64,000 bases of DNA from Octopus bimaculoides (Eukaryota): contig NC_068984.1 of the NCBI RefSeq assembly GCF_001194135.2, positions 28,345,164 to 28,409,163 of the forward strand, given 5' to 3'. Shown here piece after piece: positions 14,119 through 25,719 of the stretch; the stretch's first letter is position 1; each line of letters begins with the position of its first letter. The notes below the pieces were generated by a model. It was given only the letters and a program-made list of their open reading frames with translations. It ran no database searches and was not told the DNA's origin. Both the position numbers and the translations under genes were made by a program.

Positions 14119-14345
14119 GTGGTGTCTGTGTCTTTGTGTTTGTGTTAGTCCTCTTGACTGCCGGACAGTTGGTGTTGGTTTGTTTTCATCCTCATAACTT
14201 AGCTGTCAGATAAAAGAAATAGATGGAATAAGTACCAGACTGAAAACAAAGTCCTGGCGGCCGATGTTTTTTTACTAAACTCTTCAAGGTGATGCAAAAT
14301 CATGATTGCAGTCCAATGACGGAAACAGATGAAAAAAGAAAAAGA
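13908..14345 (+). mobile_element. SINE family A, diverged
   Basis: ggcatggctgtg head, ccttggacaagtgtcttcctatagc core, (TG)n middle, gcagtccaatgacggaaac tail. Confidence 0.75.
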
Positions 14346-14840
14346 AATTGGTATATAATGCATCTGCCAAATCAATACTTATAGCTAATTTAGAGTCAGA
14401 AGTGAATCTTATTTAATAAATGGTTGAAAAAAAATTGGAAAATTGGTGAATAAATTATTTACAGAAAAAATATGTGGTATGTTTGATTAAATGTAGTTGT
14501 TCTTTTTCTCTAGAAGTAGATATGCAAACATCTAAACACTAATATAAACATAGAATTTAGAACAACAGCAGCAACAATAAACATTAAAACGAAGGTTCAA
14601 TGAGACAATCAATGGTTCTCTGTGTTTTCAAAAGAGCAAATAATAGGTATTTGTGAACTCAACTTTAAATGTTTGTATTCTGTTACATGTCTTGATTCCA
14701 AATATAGGTTCCACAACATTGTACTAGATAGTATAGATTGTTTACCAACATAACATGGTAGTCCTGGCTATACAACACGATCTATGTCCTTATATTTTCT
14801 AACAAGGGAATCTAGCACCCCCACTCAGCTCAAAACAATA

Positions 14841-14885
14841 TCTGTGTATCTCGATTTCTGGGTTATTTCTCTTCATCAGCACAGA
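14841..14885 (-). ncRNA. degenerate minimal type I hammerhead-like motif
   Basis: UCUGUG-CUGAUGA-A-GA..UC-GAGA-UA-CACAGA: perfect 6-bp stem I, GAGA instead of GAAA, stem III collapsed. Confidence 0.45.
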
Positions 14886-15169
14886 ATAATTGTTCAGATA
14901 GAGATGGCACTGTCAAATTCCCGTTCGAAATATATCATTTTCAAAGTGACAACTAGTCACTGATTTATAAATTAGAAAATTATTATTTTTGAATCTCACA
15001 ACGTGAGATTTACAAATAGTAATAATAATGTTATGTTGCTGAATATCTCATGTGAGAGTTAAAAATAGTAATTTTCTAATTTACTTGACTTGATGGGTCT
15101 TCTTCCCAAGCACGACTTAATACCAAAGGTCTCAGTCATTGCATCAGATAATAATCATCTTCATAATAT

Positions 15170-15650
15170 TATTATTATTATTATTCAGTAGTTTTATTTT
15201 TATAGCGTGCTTTCACTTCACTACCAAATGCAGCTTTGTGTGCCTTGGGTATGTGGTTTGCTGTGATGCTCTTATGGTTACTGTATTGAAAGTGTTTTAC
15301 GTAGGATGTGTGCAGTGCCCAGTAGTGCAATTTTCTGTATGTTATATATATTTGTTAGTCCTGGTGTTTTTGCTATGTATTTGTCTGAATATTTTTTTAT
15401 CATAGCTAAAGCACCTACTATGATAGGAACTGTTTCTGCTTTTAAATTCCGCATTCGAGTTACCTCTATTTCCAGGTCTTTGTATTTTGAAAGTTTCTCC
15501 ATTTCTTTTAGAGAAACGTTATCTGCTGGTATTGATACATCAGTTAGAAAGCATTTTTTTTTCTTCATGATCTCTGACAACAATATCTGGCCTATTGGCC
15601 TTAATTTCTCTATTAATTTGAATTTACTGGTGCTGATTCATTAAATTGTA
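15170..15650 (-). mobile_element. R4/Dong-type non-LTR retrotransposon 3' fragment (restriction-like endonuclease region)
   Basis: ORF 15278-15583 KCFLTDVSIPADNVSLKEMEKLSKYKDLEIEVTRM..VPIIVGAL..QKIALLGTAHILRKTL, followed by 3' UTR ending in (TAA)n. Confidence 0.85.
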
Positions 15651-15677
15651 CATATTCTCTATGAAAAACCAGCCTTA

Positions 15678-16114
15678 TTCTCTTTTACTCTTTTATTTGT
15701 TTCAATCATTTGACTGCAGTCATACTGGAGCACTGCCTTTAGTTGAGCAAATCGACCCCAGGACTTATTCTTTGTAAGCCTAGTACTTATTCTATCAGTC
15801 TCTTTTGCCAAACTGCTAAGTTGCGATGACGTAAACACACTACCATTGGTTGTCAAATGATGTTGGGCAGGGACAAACACAAACACATAAACATATACAC
15901 ACACATACATACATACATACACACATACATACATACATNNNNNNNNNNNNNNNNNNNNNNNNNNNNNNNNNNNNNNNNNNNNNNNNNNNNNNNNNNNNNN
16001 NNNNNNNNNNNNNNNNNNNNNNNNNNNNNNNNNNNNNNGAAGACACTTGCCCAAGGTGCCAAGCAGTGGGAATGAACCTGGAGCCATGAGGTTGGTAAGA
16101 AGGCTACTTACCAC
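15678..16114 (-). mobile_element. SINE family A spanning a gap
   Basis: Tail and head motifs of family A on either side of the N run. Confidence 0.8.
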
Positions 16115-16730
16115 GTGGAAAATAAGTAAATACATGAATAAGTTCAATTGTTATGATTTTAGAGAAGTGGAATTGAAGAATCCAAGAAAGCTAGTGACTG
16201 TTTGCACCAGCATATATTAAGTAAAAATGTTCATTTCGCTTTCTGAACATACAGCTTAGATAGAAGTTAAGAACACCCCCTTCTTTAAGTTCATATAATA
16301 ACAATTATGGGTTTCGATGATGCTAAACATTGAGGTGAGCTGAAGGTGCTAGCAACTCTGGCAGTCACCCAAGTCACAAAGTACTTTGGGACATCATGTC
16401 ATGTTATCATTATCATTATCATTATCATTATCATTATCATATCATGTCATGTTTGAGATATTCTCAAAATTACAAAGAGAAAAATATGAAAATGATTAAT
16501 AAAATAAGAAACTTTTACATTCAAGAAATTGTAATTAACACTTTATTTCTATATTTGCAAGTTTTATGCTTTGTTAATACAAATTAATTTCCCATTTAAG
16601 GGCACCAACAGGTTGTCCTTGGCACCAGTAATCCTAGAGTCATGTTAAGCATATTAAACAACTCTACTTAATATATTTAAAGCTTGTAAGAATAATATTC
16701 GATAACATATTTTTTATTTATTTGATTTAA

Positions 16731-16952
16731 CCCTTTTGTTGCCGTATATATTTTGAGATGCTCTGTGTTTCCTTCAATTAATTTTAAATATAACAAAAAA
16801 TTTAATAAAATAACTTAGTTATCATTAAGCTAGTGGTAGGAACATAAATTGTGACTAAGATTTGGTGGAAGATTTTAATTCAAAACTTATGAAAACATGA
16901 CATTTGTACTACAGAGCCAGAAGTAGTTTCAGCCGGGTTGGTATCAAAAGGG
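16731..16952. mobile_element. piggyBac-type MITE
   Basis: TTAA-CCCTTTTGTTGCC ... GGTATCAAAAGGG-TTAA: terminal inverted repeats with TTAA on both sides (16727-16730, 16953-16956). Confidence 0.75.
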
Positions 16953-19083
16953 TTAATACAAACTCAGAAGGGTTTGATCTCAAAACTGGAAAACATTGAA
17001 ATGTTTTGAGGTATAATTTGTCTCGACCAAATCACTGCTACTTCTGATAAATACCATCACATTCTGAAAGTGTAAACAGATTATATGTTCTTTGCTTGAA
17101 TAACTTAATTTATCTTCCTTTTAGTGATATTATCTTTTGTGTATACAAAATAGACAAAAGCTAGAGACTAAAATCCTGAAAGATATTACAGTTTTTGATA
17201 AAGTATACTTGTACTCCATATGTTGCAACTGTAAATATATTAAAAGAATAAAGTGGAAGCTACTAAAACGATGCTATAGTTAATATTGTGTCTGTAAATA
17301 CGTGATATGTAGTAATCACCACAGAGACTGAAACACACTTTCGTATAAATGTAGTCACTTATTTATTCTTGCTGACACAATATAAATTACAGTGACATAC
17401 TGTTGTAAAATACAAACAAACTTTATTCAAAGGAAAGCAATAGTTTTGTTTTGCCAGGTAAGAGAAAGTGTTTAAATGCTCTCTGTGTACAAGTGAATTA
17501 GTTCTGTGAAATGGTCAAAATTGGTAAAGCAGGATGTCATTAGGGAAAATGCATTTATAATGATGTAGACACACTGGCACTCAATGACATTGAGAGAAAT
17601 AAAGATGCTCGAGAGTCTTATTAAAAGGGATTGCTTAATAAAGAGAGGAAGTGGAACAAAGTGTTTCTACTCATAGGAGATCAGAATCAGGACCAACCAT
17701 AGAAATATTCACACATAATGTAAACTGAGAGAGAATGTGTAACCCCTAGGCATAAGACTGAGTTTGGAGGCATAATAGTAATCAATCAATTTAGCAAAAG
17801 AATTGAAGAGTAATATGTAATCCATGATAATTAATGTATCAAAGTAAGTGATAATGGTGTTGATGTCCCAACTGTGCAATGAGACTTTAGAAAGAGAGAT
17901 AATTGAGAGAATAATGGAATGTATAACATGCAATATTACAAATGATACATGGCTGATGACAGAGTTCTGTAGATATTATTCTGTTATGCACAAAATGAGG
18001 TTAACTCTTTAAAGCAGTGATGGAGAACTATTTCTGAAATTTGTGGGATGAGACTAATTATTAGACCATAACACCTGTGACATGCACCTATGCTATGAAA
18101 AATAATGAATCTACAGTCTTACCAAATTTATAGATATGCAACTTACATTTATTTACTGTTTTTAAACTACTTTTTTTTCTTCATACATATTTATAGACTT
18201 TGTCAACAAACAGTTTTCAAATTTAAAAGTTTTGCCAGTGGCATGAAAGTGATTCCACACCCCTTTTGTATTCGATCTTGAAATCCTGAATTTATAGATG
18301 ATTTGTCCTTCCTCTCAGGTTCTAATAAAATGTCCTTTGTATTCCTTCAACTAAGAATGATCTTTTATTCTGTAAAATTACTTTGTTGACATCTTTGTTG
18401 CAGTCATTTTTCTTTTGCTAATTTTATTGCAAAATAACCAGTATTTTAAAACCAGAAAATTTTCTCCAGACAATTTTTATGTACTTACCAGCATGACGTC
18501 AGGTACATGAAAAAAAATCTATTTGTTTAAATATCATAGAGCACAAAATAACATTTTGATAACATGTCTCAACAACAAAATTTATAAGTATCTCTCACTG
18601 CTATCATTATCATCTACATAAAAATGGTTGTCCCAGAGAAAATAAAGTTGCAAGTCAGCACCAATGTCAGAGGTCATGACTCCTAAGATATTGGAGTGTA
18701 TATTAATATAAACTAAATAATACTTCTTAAAGGTTAGTACACCAGCTGTTAATGTATGTGTACTTCCAAATCTTACTCTGTATACCAGTTATAATGGGAG
18801 GGTTAGGATTTGATGTCATCACTTCTTCCACAAACCAATGTGTCTAATATTTGCATTAATAGTATTTATTCCTAGAACATTTTCAACCAATTTTTTTTTA
18901 AACCAAAGCACTTACATACCATTACACTTATGTTCAATGGGTAATGGATTTCTTTAATCCTTTTTAAATCATTTTTGTCTTGTAAACATTCTTATACAAC
19001 TATCAATGGGATAGTTATTCTTCATATCTAGATTTGCTTATTGCATAAACAGTTTCTGTTATACTTGAATACCCAACATGTCT

Positions 19084-19195
19084 GTACAGTATCATCGGGG
19101 TCCTTGTTTAATACCCTGATGATACAGTACCCACATTAACACCAATATGCACATCTAACAGTGTGCAGTCAATACAGCTGAAACGTGCTGTAAAT
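19084..19195 (+). ncRNA. strongly degenerate hammerhead-like motif with upstream inverted duplication
   Basis: CTGATGA at 19116-19122, GAAACG at 19180-19185, AATAAA downstream; 19084-19100 is an inverted copy of 19114-19130. Stem I is not recoverable. Confidence 0.3.
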
Positions 19196-19209
19196 AACTG
19201 TTTAATAAA

Positions 19210-19330
19210 GTTATAAGAGCTCTCTGAACTTTGCCCAGCCTATTCTTATTCTAGCAGCCATGCTCTCAGAACATCCACCCCTGTTACTGACTTGGTCACC
19301 TAGGTAACAGAAGCTATCAACTACTTCGTT
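19210..19330 (-). mobile_element. RTE-type LINE RT C-terminal fragment
   Basis: EVVDSFCYLGDQVSNRGGCSESMAARIRIGWAKFRELL, homologous to 41640-41765. Confidence 0.85.
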
Positions 19331-19679
19331 TAAACCTAGGATAAGGTACCAACTTATAGTTATGATTAGTAGCGTTAAATACATCAAATTAGCTTTAGAA
19401 TAAGCTTTAATCATCACAATATTATACAAAATTAGAACATATAACTACCTTTGACTATAAAGTATTTAACGGTAATATGAGCATTCTTTTACTATGTTTC
19501 ATAGCATTATTTACGTAATATATGATTTTCGTATGAGGTATAGTTATTATTCTGCGTAGATCTGAGAGTTTTAAGTATTTTAAGTAGTTTTAATCTTCAA
19601 TAAACTATTTACTTTAGGTAGATCTTCTTTTTCAATATTTTCGTTATTATAGTAAATATAATACGCATTGACCTCTGGG

Positions 19680-19775
19680 TAATAGACGCCATATTTATCA
19701 CGTGACCTTTCAGTATAAATTCTAAAGTAAAATTATTTTGGTTTAATCTACAGTAACTCACCGGCAGGTAAGTCA
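19680..19775. promoter_or_regulatory. promoter-like motif cluster with opposed splice donors
   Basis: GACGCCATATTT (YY1-like) 19685-19696, TCACGTGA E-box 19698-19705, plus donor CAG|GTAAGT at 19767/19768, minus donor CG|GTGAGT at about 19761; locally raised CpG. Confidence 0.4.
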
Positions 19776-20508
19776 TGTTTTTTTGATTTTCTAAACAATA
19801 TTGACATACGTCTTTTATTAACTTTATACACTAACACATTTTCTACTTTTATTTACGTTTTCCATAATGATTTAACCTTGTTTACTACAATACTCTTTTT
19901 CAATATTTTTAGGTTGTAACTTTTAATAATTATATTAATGCCGTTAACGTAGGGATTATTTTACAGGTTTTGTTTCTTTATACTTTTATTTTTATTTCTC
20001 GTGTTTATGTTTATTCCTTGAATTATTTTAGGTATCTTTTTAGGCATTTGACCTGGAGAGTGACCAATTTGGGGAGTAAAATCATTTTCCCATTCTAATG
20101 AACTTGGATAGAATTTGCTTATGATTTTATATAGTCCTATTTCAGCCATGAAACGCACGTAGTCTATGTACAATCACTGGCTTTTATACTTTTACACATT
20201 ATATTATTGTATTAATTTTTACTTTATTTATACTTTATTTGATTTTTAAATTAATATTTTTATGATGAATGTTTCTTTATATGATATATATTATTAAAAT
20301 TTTAGATTAAAATCTTAGATAAGTAATGATATGGTATATGCCTCACAACATGGATTTGGACGGGTTTTGAATTGACTGAGTTGTAGAGTGGTGGTCCGTC
20401 TCTAAATTAGTTGTATACATATATATTATATATTACGAAACTCGGTGTAATATTATACCGAATTTTACCTGTAAGGCTGGAATAAGTTTTTATTCTCTAA
20501 TATTATTA

Positions 20509-20543
<35 letters not shown>

Positions 20544-20837
20544 ACACAGATAAATTCCTCTATTTACAAAATATCGAGGTCTCTTTCTTTCTTTTGTTGT
20601 CTTTTCTATCAATACACACACGCACACACACACAGCACAGCACAGAACAGAATTTTGTCAGTGAACAGGTTGCGATTTCAAAGCAATGAAAATATTTTGA
20701 CAAATTAAATTTAAATGTTGAAGTAAATCTAACGGTTTTTGTGTGTATTTAAATGGCTTATAAACACCCTTCACACTGCAATTGTGTATATGTACGTATG
20801 TATGAATGTATATANNNNNNNNNNNNNNNNNNNNNNN

Positions 20838-20875
<38 letters not shown>

Positions 20876-21160
20876 TGGACTGCTGAAGTGTACAAATGTC
20901 TCTTTACTTCCCTCTCCCAAAGTCAGAAACAAGCTACACAGCTGCAAGGCCAAACTAACGTTTATATGTATATTTGTAACCATATGTTTATCTACAAACT
21001 CGTAACTACATTTTTTTTCTTAACTACAAATTATTATATACCCAAATAATCTCTCGTTTATAAGCAAACAACCAAATGACGACCAAAAACTCACACCCAT
21101 AAGAAAGAATATATCTATACATCTAAAACAGAATTAAACCAAGAAAAAAAAGAAAAAAGC

Positions 21161-21705
21161 ATGGCAACTAACCAGCAGGCTTACAACAAACAAAATTGGT
21201 CTGATAATGAAAGTGACCTCTTAATAAGCACATGGTTTTCTCTCTCCCAAACAGAAAATACAAACACTTCGTGTCTAAATGAGATTGCCATTGAAAAAAA
21301 AAACAAAAAAAAATAACAGTACAACTACACAACACGCTATCTGTTAAGCAGATACGTAGCAAACTGAAACATATCGAGGTTTCCTTCAAACTAATTCAGG
21401 ATCATTTTGAAAAACTTTCGTATATTTACTCTTTAAATATTGATCAAGCACAAAAACATAACCAGCAACAACAACAACAGGAAGAGCTGCTCCTAAATTC
21501 CAGCATGATAACTGATTTATTGAACGGTAGTATGTCTTCACCTCTCTATCTCTCTCACCATTCTCACGGCAACCACCATAATTATCATCATCGTCATCAT
21601 CGTCATCGTCACCGCTGCCACCATCACCTTCTACCACCTCAAATACTAATAATAAACCATTGCTTTCTTCATCCATATCACTACCCCAGTTCTACTGTTG
21701 TATAA
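21161..21705 (+). pseudogene. frameshifted Myb/SANT-like (MADF/trihelix-type) DNA-binding protein ORF
   Basis: MATNQQAYNKQNWSDNESDLLISTW.. ends at TAA 21314-21316; the -1 frame continues KQKKITVQLHNTLSVKQIRSKLKHIEVSFKLIQDHF..QQQQQQ to 21705. The joined sequence fits W-x-D-x-E-xx-LLI-xx-W...KQ-x3-K-x3-(L/I)-x3-(F/Y)K. Confidence 0.55.
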
Positions 21706-22373
21706 AAACCTAAAAAAAAATCTATGAAGCAGAATGTGTCCCTCACAACACAAACAAGAAACACCAAAATATGCTGTTATTCATGTTACAGGCTCTGCAC
21801 AAGTAGAGACTGCATCTTCTCACATTTACCTTCAACTGGATGCACAATCCAGACAAACACTACCAGTCAACATCAAAGCACACATCCCACAATAACATCA
21901 GCAACACCAAATAATAAATTGAACACTAAAACTTGCATAACACAGAATTCCAAAATCTGTCGATATTCCCAACATGAGAAACTATGTCTGCTATGTGACT
22001 GTTCATGCACTCATTCTCCAGAGACCCAAAGCACTAACAGAAACGGGGCTCCAAGCCAACACAAACCACAGTAAAAACACCATCTGCTGCAGCAATGCTG
22101 GTCCAGTCTTTTCACAAAGACACAAAAACAAAAACAAAGAGACAACAACAAAAACCATAACAAAAGAGGAAGTGACAATCCTATCTGACAGTGTAACCAC
22201 ACCTCCAGTCAAAAACTGCTCCCTAAGCAGGAAAATTCTTTTTTAGCCATGTTGAACCTAATAAGAGATACGAAAAACTTTTTATCCATCATTCAATACC
22301 ATCCTATGCTATTACCCCAGTGCATCAACTCCCTGCATTGCTGTCACTAACACACAATCAGAAAATAAGCCCC

Positions 22374-22605
22374 CTGTGGTGAGCTGGCAGAATCTGTTAG
22401 CACACCAGGCGAAATGCTTAGCAGTATTTTGTCTGCCGTTACATTCTGAGTTCAAATTCCGCCGAGGTTGACTTTGCCTTTCATCCTTTTGAGATTGATA
22501 AATAAAGTACCAGTTATGCACTGTGGTCGATGTAATCGACTTAATCTCCTTGTCTGTCCCCTCTATGTTTAGCCCCTTGTGGGCAATAAAGAAGTAAGAA
22601 AATAA
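22374..22605 (+). mobile_element. SINE family B
   Basis: gtggtgagctggcagaatc...ctgagttcaaattccgccgaggttgactttgcctttcatcc...aaataaagtaccag; multiple copies in the window. Confidence 0.85.
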
Positions 22606-22730
22606 GCTGTTCATTGCCAAATATTGCATATATCATACACAACATTGTATTAATATGTCTCAGCAATAGCCATATAGGCTCATTCATAGATGAATAGAGT
22701 CAAAAGCTCATGAATTTATTTTGACTCTAT

Positions 22731-22849
22731 TCACCTGAAGATGCACATATACAGTTATTGCTGAGTGGTATTAATACAACATTGTGTATAATATATATAA
22801 CATTCAGCAATGAACAACTGATAACGATGTGTTGAAACAATTGTAGTGA
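22731..22849 (+). ncRNA. type I hammerhead ribozyme-like motif with extended stem II
   Basis: Stem I TCAC(22731-34)/GTGA(22846-49); core CTGAAGA 22735-41; stem II GCACAT/ATGTGT, CAGTT/AACTG, ATTGCTGAGTG/CATTCAGCAAT; GAAA 22834-37; palindromic stem III ACAATTGT; GUA cleavage triplet ending at 22845. Confidence 0.7.
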
Positions 22850-23207
22850 CACGTAATAAAGCTTGTTCAATTCATTTTCTCATATTATTATTTTTTGTTT
22901 ATACTCTACAAATATTTGGATTTTCACATGTATATCCCATGAGAGAAAAAGTCCCACTGTAGCATTAGGTAGCTGCTACCTGAAGAGGAACTTTGTAAAG
23001 CACAGATTATATTTTTAAAACAATGTGTGTGTGCATGCGTATTATACATGAGAGGCTTCTGTCTACCAATTTTTGCTCACAATGTTTTTGTAAATCTGTG
23101 GCTTTGTATAGAAGAGAGAGAGACAGACAGATAGAGAGAGACAAACAGAGAGAGAGAGACAGACAGACAGAGAGAAGGAAAAGAAGTGAGATTGTTTAGA
23201 GTTTTAT

Positions 23208-23323
23208 TTATAGAGCAGCTGACTGACAGCGTGTCAAACAAAATGCTTTCACTGCAGTATGTAGACACATCTCTTCATGGCTTTCTTCAAATCCTGCTGT
23301 CTTCATTTTTCTTTTTACTGTAG
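23208..23323 (-). CDS. candidate terminal coding exon (xTVKRKMKTAGFEESHEEMCLHTAVKAFCLTRCQSAAL*), gene unknown
   Basis: Very strong minus-strand acceptor ctcttctgtattttgctggttcttattttatcag; 37 open codons to TAA. Confidence 0.4.
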
Positions 23324-25060
23324 CTGATAAAATAAGAACCAGCAAAATACAGAAGAGAATTTTTAACTGACTGTTCCTGTCCCCAAAATTTATAGATTTG
23401 TGTCATTGGTAAAAATCAACTTTGTTTATCTGACCATGATCAACTTTGCCTTTCAGCCTTCTAGGATAGATAAAATAAAGTACCAGTTAAGGTTTTAGGG
23501 GGCAATATAATTACCTACCTTTCCTAGTCAAAATATATGGCCTCATGACCATATCAGAAATCATTATGTTAGATAAATTGGAAAATGCAATAGTACTGAT
23601 TGGACAAAGGAGAGACTAGATTAATCAGGTTTTAGTTAGTAAGAACTAATCTGGAAAGATGAGGATTTACAGAAGAATTGAGGGAAGAAACAATAGGCAA
23701 TAGATTAAGTCTATCTATTTTATTCCAGTATAGTCAGTGCTGTTGTTATTGTCGAAAATGATGATGATGATGATGACAATGACGAAGATGATGATGATGA
23801 TAAACTACACATGTTCAAAGGCCTTTCAACTTGGCCTTGCTTCTCAAATTAGTATGCTTTTATGAAATATCTGGCTATTGTTATGTTTTCCTTTGTAACG
23901 AAAGATCTGAAAGCAATCACTGAATTCTCCTCAAGACAAGTTGTAATAATTAGAGAAGCTTCCAGCTACAAAAGACTGACTTTTAATATGTCGAAATGTT
24001 CTGATGTTTCCTTCTACAATAAAAAAAAACCCAGAAAAGTAGAAGCAAAATAGAAAAAGATTAAAAAAAAAATGAAGAAAAAAATTGTTTTTTTACTTGA
24101 AGCAGAGTGAAGAAAACAAGAAAATAAGCAACGGCTAAGAAACTCTTAGATATAAATATATGTATGTATGTAAGTATGTATGTATGTATGTATGTATGTA
24201 TGCGCGTGTGCGTGTATATGTATATTTGTTATATATGTTTATTTAAATACTTACTATACACAACTCCAAACATGGATTAGAGCAGAAGTGTGTATGTGCA
24301 CGTACATGTGTATTTGTGAATTGATCTCGATATGTGTGTGAAGTATGTGTGATCAGTTCAAGTGCATATCAGTATACATGGAAAGTTTGTGTATATATAT
24401 ATATTAACAAATGTATATACCTACATATATACCTATACTTATGATTTTTTTAAAAGTGGGAATGCATATGCAAAAGCTTGGTAAATCTGTGTGAGTTTGA
24501 ATGTGTGTGTGTATATATATATACACACACACACACACATAGTGTGTGTTAGTGTGGGTGTGGGTGTATTATTCAGTATGACTATGTATTTGTGTATGGT
24601 ATATATAAATATTTTTTTTTAACAATATTTGATTGGCATTAAAGTTTAGGAAATTTAAAAATGACAAATTAGAAAAACTACAAAAATATATTTATAAATG
24701 ATGTGATATTGTTCTTACAGATTATTTTCTTTCACTGGAAGTAATTGGAATCAGATAGTTGCATCATTAATCATGAGACAGTTGATTGCAACAGGATTAT
24801 CAGTCACATGACTACAAACTGCAATCGTGTGTATGTTTTTATGTTTGATAGATATCCGTTGATTATAATTAGCTTATTTGTTAAATGTCTAGTGATTTTG
24901 ACTGGCCTGCTCATTAGATATCTGGTTATTGGCCATTTTGTTATGTATCTGTTGATTGTGAATAGGCTATTTATTACATGTCCCATGTCTGTGACTGGTT
25001 TATTTGTGAATGCGCCTGGTAATTGTGACTAACGTAGTGATTGATTTTGAATGACCAATT

Positions 25061-25250
25061 GGTGCAGGCATGGCTCTGTGTTTAAGATGTTCATCTTAAA
25101 ATTGCATGGTTTCGGATTCAGTCCCATGGCACAGCACCTTGTGCAGGTGTCTTCTACTATAAGCCCCATTCTATTGATGCCTTGTGAGTGAAACTGCTAG
25201 ACAGAAACTGTATGAAAGCCCATCAAATCAAGTGTGTGTGTGTGATTGTG
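25061..25250 (+). mobile_element. SINE family A 5' part, diverged
   Basis: ggtgcaggcatggctctgtg...ggattcagtccc...gtgtcttctactat...gaaactgtatgaaagccc. Confidence 0.7.
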
Positions 25251-25719
25251 TCCTTGCATGCATATATGTGTGAATCTTGACAGTCAATGGCTTCTCTTGT
25301 CCCTGTATGAGTGAAATATTAATATGATGTTTACACTCCTCGTTGACATTACAACTGGCCATTCTACACTTTTAAATATTAGCGGAATATAATTTTCCTT
25401 CCTTGAAAAACGAGTTTGTGTTATATGTTGGAGACAGGAAGAGCATCCAGCAGTAAAATGTACCTTAGTTAAGCCCCCATCCAACCTATGCTAGAATGGA
25501 AAAATTGACATTAGACAAAGATATGAAGCCGGTGGCTACATGCATGACAGTGACTGGCCTGTTTTGTTATTTACCTGCTGATTGTGATTATGTTGATTAC
25601 TTGGTGATTTTTGACAAGTCTAATTTGTAACTTATCTGGTACTGTGACTGACTTGTTTTTGTTGCATATCTGGTGACTATGTCTGGTCTGATTTATTACA
25701 TATCTAGTAACTATTTCTT

